A stretch of 64,000 nt of DNA from a virus, in IMG/VR virus record IMGVR_UViG_3300018917_000003. The stretch is one strand, 5' to 3'. Made by a program: the position numbers and the translations under genes. Shown in pieces: positions 62,523 to 64,000 of the stretch. Position 1 is the stretch's first letter. The number at the start of each line of letters is the position of its first letter. A model generated the notes under the pieces. It was given only the letters and a program-made list of their open reading frames with translations, had not been told where the DNA came from and searched no databases.

Positions 62523-63002
62523 ATGACTTACGAAAGTTTGAAATCATTAGCACCAGCAAATGAGAACGGTGGTGCGACCGAACCAACACCGACAAAAGCA
62601 AAGAGAGGGCGGAAAAAGAGCGCGACTAATCCTGAAAGTGCGATTGCAAAAAGCGAAGGGCATCAGTTAGCCAATCAGCAACAGGCAGAGACGGCTGAAT
62701 TGCTTGGAGGTTTAGACCAGCAAGAAAGACAACTGACGGCTTATCTCAATTATCAGCAGGGGCAGGACTATGCAAAGCTGGCAATAGCTGCACGAACTGC
62801 CGGGATGACTGATGTTTTAGTTGGTGCGAGTCTAGACCGGATTGACGCCCTCAAACAGAACTTGGACAACAATTTGAGGAATCATAACCCTCTCGCTATT
62901 TTGGACGATCTAGGTTTGAATCGGTCTAAGGAAGAAACCGACGAATTGAGATCGAAGTTTAAAGACTTCAACCCTGACGAATTTAACCGTTTTTTGTTCT
63001 AG
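62523..63002 (+). CDS. Hypothetical protein
   Basis: 159-aa ORF with GAGAGAGTTTGTCATG upstream. Confidence 0.5.
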   Translation: MTYESLKSLAPANENGGATEPTPTKAKRGRKKSATNPESAIAKSEGHQLANQQQAETAELLGGLDQQERQLTAYLNYQQGQDYAKLAIAARTAGMTDVLVGASLDRIDALKQNLDNNLRNHNPLAILDDLGLNRSKEETDELRSKFKDFNPDEFNRFLF

Positions 63003-63076
63003 AAAGTATCGCCCTAACTCAAAGGGCAATCGCTCTAGTCGAATTAAATCAGATAACAACTAAGGAAAGGGCAAAG

Positions 63077-63193
63077 ATGAATTTTTGGAAGAAAGCCAAA
63101 GCGATTTTAAAAGCTAAATTGAGAGCTTTTCAGCAGGATTTGAACAGTCATAAAGGAACGCAAGCTTTTATGATTGTTGCTGCCCCTTGGTAG
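63077..63193 (+). CDS. Possible 38-aa small protein
   Basis: My own translation gives MNFWKKAKAILKAKLRAFQQDLNSHKGTQAFMIVAAPW, with AAGGAAAGG upstream. Confidence 0.3.
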   Translation: MNFWKKAKAILKAKLRAFQQDLNSHKGTQAFMIVAAPW

Positions 63194-63252
63194 TAGTTTA
63201 ATCGGGTGTAATCGCTCATTTAATCAAAATCAAAGAGAGAGAGGTTCATGTC

Positions 63253-64000
63253 ATGGGCAACAAAAACACAAGCAACAGCGTAATAAACAATCTAAACATT
63301 CAGCCACGGGTTTTTAATGGTTCGATGAATGCTGGCAGAATCCAGACGAATCTCGGCAGAAACTTGTCAAGAGTTACAAGCGTAACGACGGCAGATGTTA
63401 AACGTTCTAATGCGGATCTGCAAGCTGCAAAAGAGCAAAAGATGAGGTCTGCTAAGTTCTCGCAGAACGAACAAGCAATCATGAATTTACTGGTTGAAAT
63501 TACGAGAATCGAGCTTGACTTGTTGAGAGCCGGATACGATACAGACAAGAAAATTGAGGCGTTAATTCAAGACGGAAAAATTGACTCTGCTAAGTATCAA
63601 AAAGCGATTCTACTTCAAGAGAAGAGGGGGCAACTAGGAATCGCTGCACAAGCTGTCGGGTATCAATTAGACGCGACCAAGATGATGCACAAGGCTGCAC
63701 AGGGTTTGCAGTTTATGCAGCATAAGCACGGCTTAGATATCAAGCTAATTGATGCAACCTACGCTCAAAAAAAACAATTAGCGACACAAGCGCAAGGGGC
63801 AAGACTAGCACAATCGAGTCAAAGGCAGCTTGAACAGGCAGCATTCAGAGCGGAATTGAACGGACTACCCGGATCGGGTTCTCAACCCGGACTGATGGGC
63901 GGCGGTGGCAATTGGTCAAATAACAACTATTCACGCGGGAACACTGGCAACGGTGACGGTGGCTGGTTAGGCGGATTAAAGAAATTATTCAGCTTTTCCT
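63253..64000 (+). CDS. Hypothetical protein, 5' partial (open to the end of the window, 249 codons)
   Basis: My own translation from the ATG at 63253 finds no stop through nt 64000. Coiled-coil middle and a Gly/Asn-rich tail. It is absent from the ORF track because it has no stop. The antisense ORF 63300-63548 is therefore spurious. Confidence 0.65.
   Translation, partial: MGNKNTSNSVINNLNIQPRVFNGSMNAGRIQTNLGRNLSRVTSVTTADVKRSNADLQAAKEQKMRSAKFSQNEQAIMNLLVEITRIELDLLRAGYDTDKKIEALIQDGKIDSAKYQKAILLQEKRGQLGIAAQAVGYQLDATKMMHKAAQGLQFMQHKHGLDIKLIDATYAQKKQLATQAQGARLAQSSQRQLEQAAFRAELNGLPGSGSQPGLMGGGGNWSNNNYSRGNTGNGDGGWLGGLKKLFSFS

Noticed and set aside
1-64000. tRNA, rRNA, retron or DGR components
   Set aside because: I saw no cloverleaf-like sequence in the intergenic regions by eye, no reverse transcriptase ORF, and no template/variable repeat pair. 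A tRNAscan-SE/Infernal run would be needed to exclude small RNAs formally.

Overview
The window looks like most of a tailed, siphovirus-like phage or prophage of a filamentous cyanobacterium. The host guess rests on inference from STRR-like heptamer arrays, two HU genes and TTGACA-type promoters.

Recognisable modules:
- Two HU-like genes, a C5 DNA methyltransferase and a ParB-like nuclease (0.1-3.4 kb).
- Small and large terminase (3.5-5.4 kb, + strand).
- A long minus-strand virion block (23.7 kb down to 5.6 kb): scaffold/protease-like, decoration, major capsid, connector and tail proteins, and portal, followed by a run of paralogous multidomain proteins.
- An XRE regulator, putative chaperones and a 2445-aa tape measure protein (23.9-32.4 kb, + strand).
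- A small accessory island (32.4-35.3 kb).
- Minus-strand tail fibre and large tail proteins (35.3-42.9 kb).
- A KilA-N protein, two large + strand proteins, a divergent glycosyltransferase/sulfotransferase pair and a GH24 lysozyme (43-50.6 kb).
- An early/replication-like region with RusA, a sliding-clamp homologue and a tnpB-only IS200/IS605-type element (51-64 kb).

I could not place two things in any family I know, and they are the main leads:
1. An eight-copy, strictly same-strand, ~200-bp structured intergenic element. It has a 10-nt terminal inverted repeat, a hairpin with a promoter-like motif in its loop, and a second hairpin with pairs that work only in + strand RNA.
2. Five paralogous proteins that share a ~170-aa N-terminal module with a C-x6-C-x3-C-x6-C cluster, fused to different C-terminal domains. 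These are an R-S-E ADP-ribosyltransferase, an HExxH metalloprotease, a JAB-like motif plus a pyrophosphatase-like N-domain, two ParB-like domains, and a duplicated helical domain. Four sit right after the portal gene, which fits a polymorphic set of head-packaged or ejected effectors.

Secondary observations:
- An in-frame TAG in the methyltransferase.
- A displaced second terminase 3' end.
- A duplicated tnpB right end (putative omega-RNA scaffold).
- A +1 frameshift in a CT tract.
- An 11-unit tandem repeat in the tape measure.
- Duplicated promoter-like blocks.

All functional calls come from reading motifs by eye. No database search was run.
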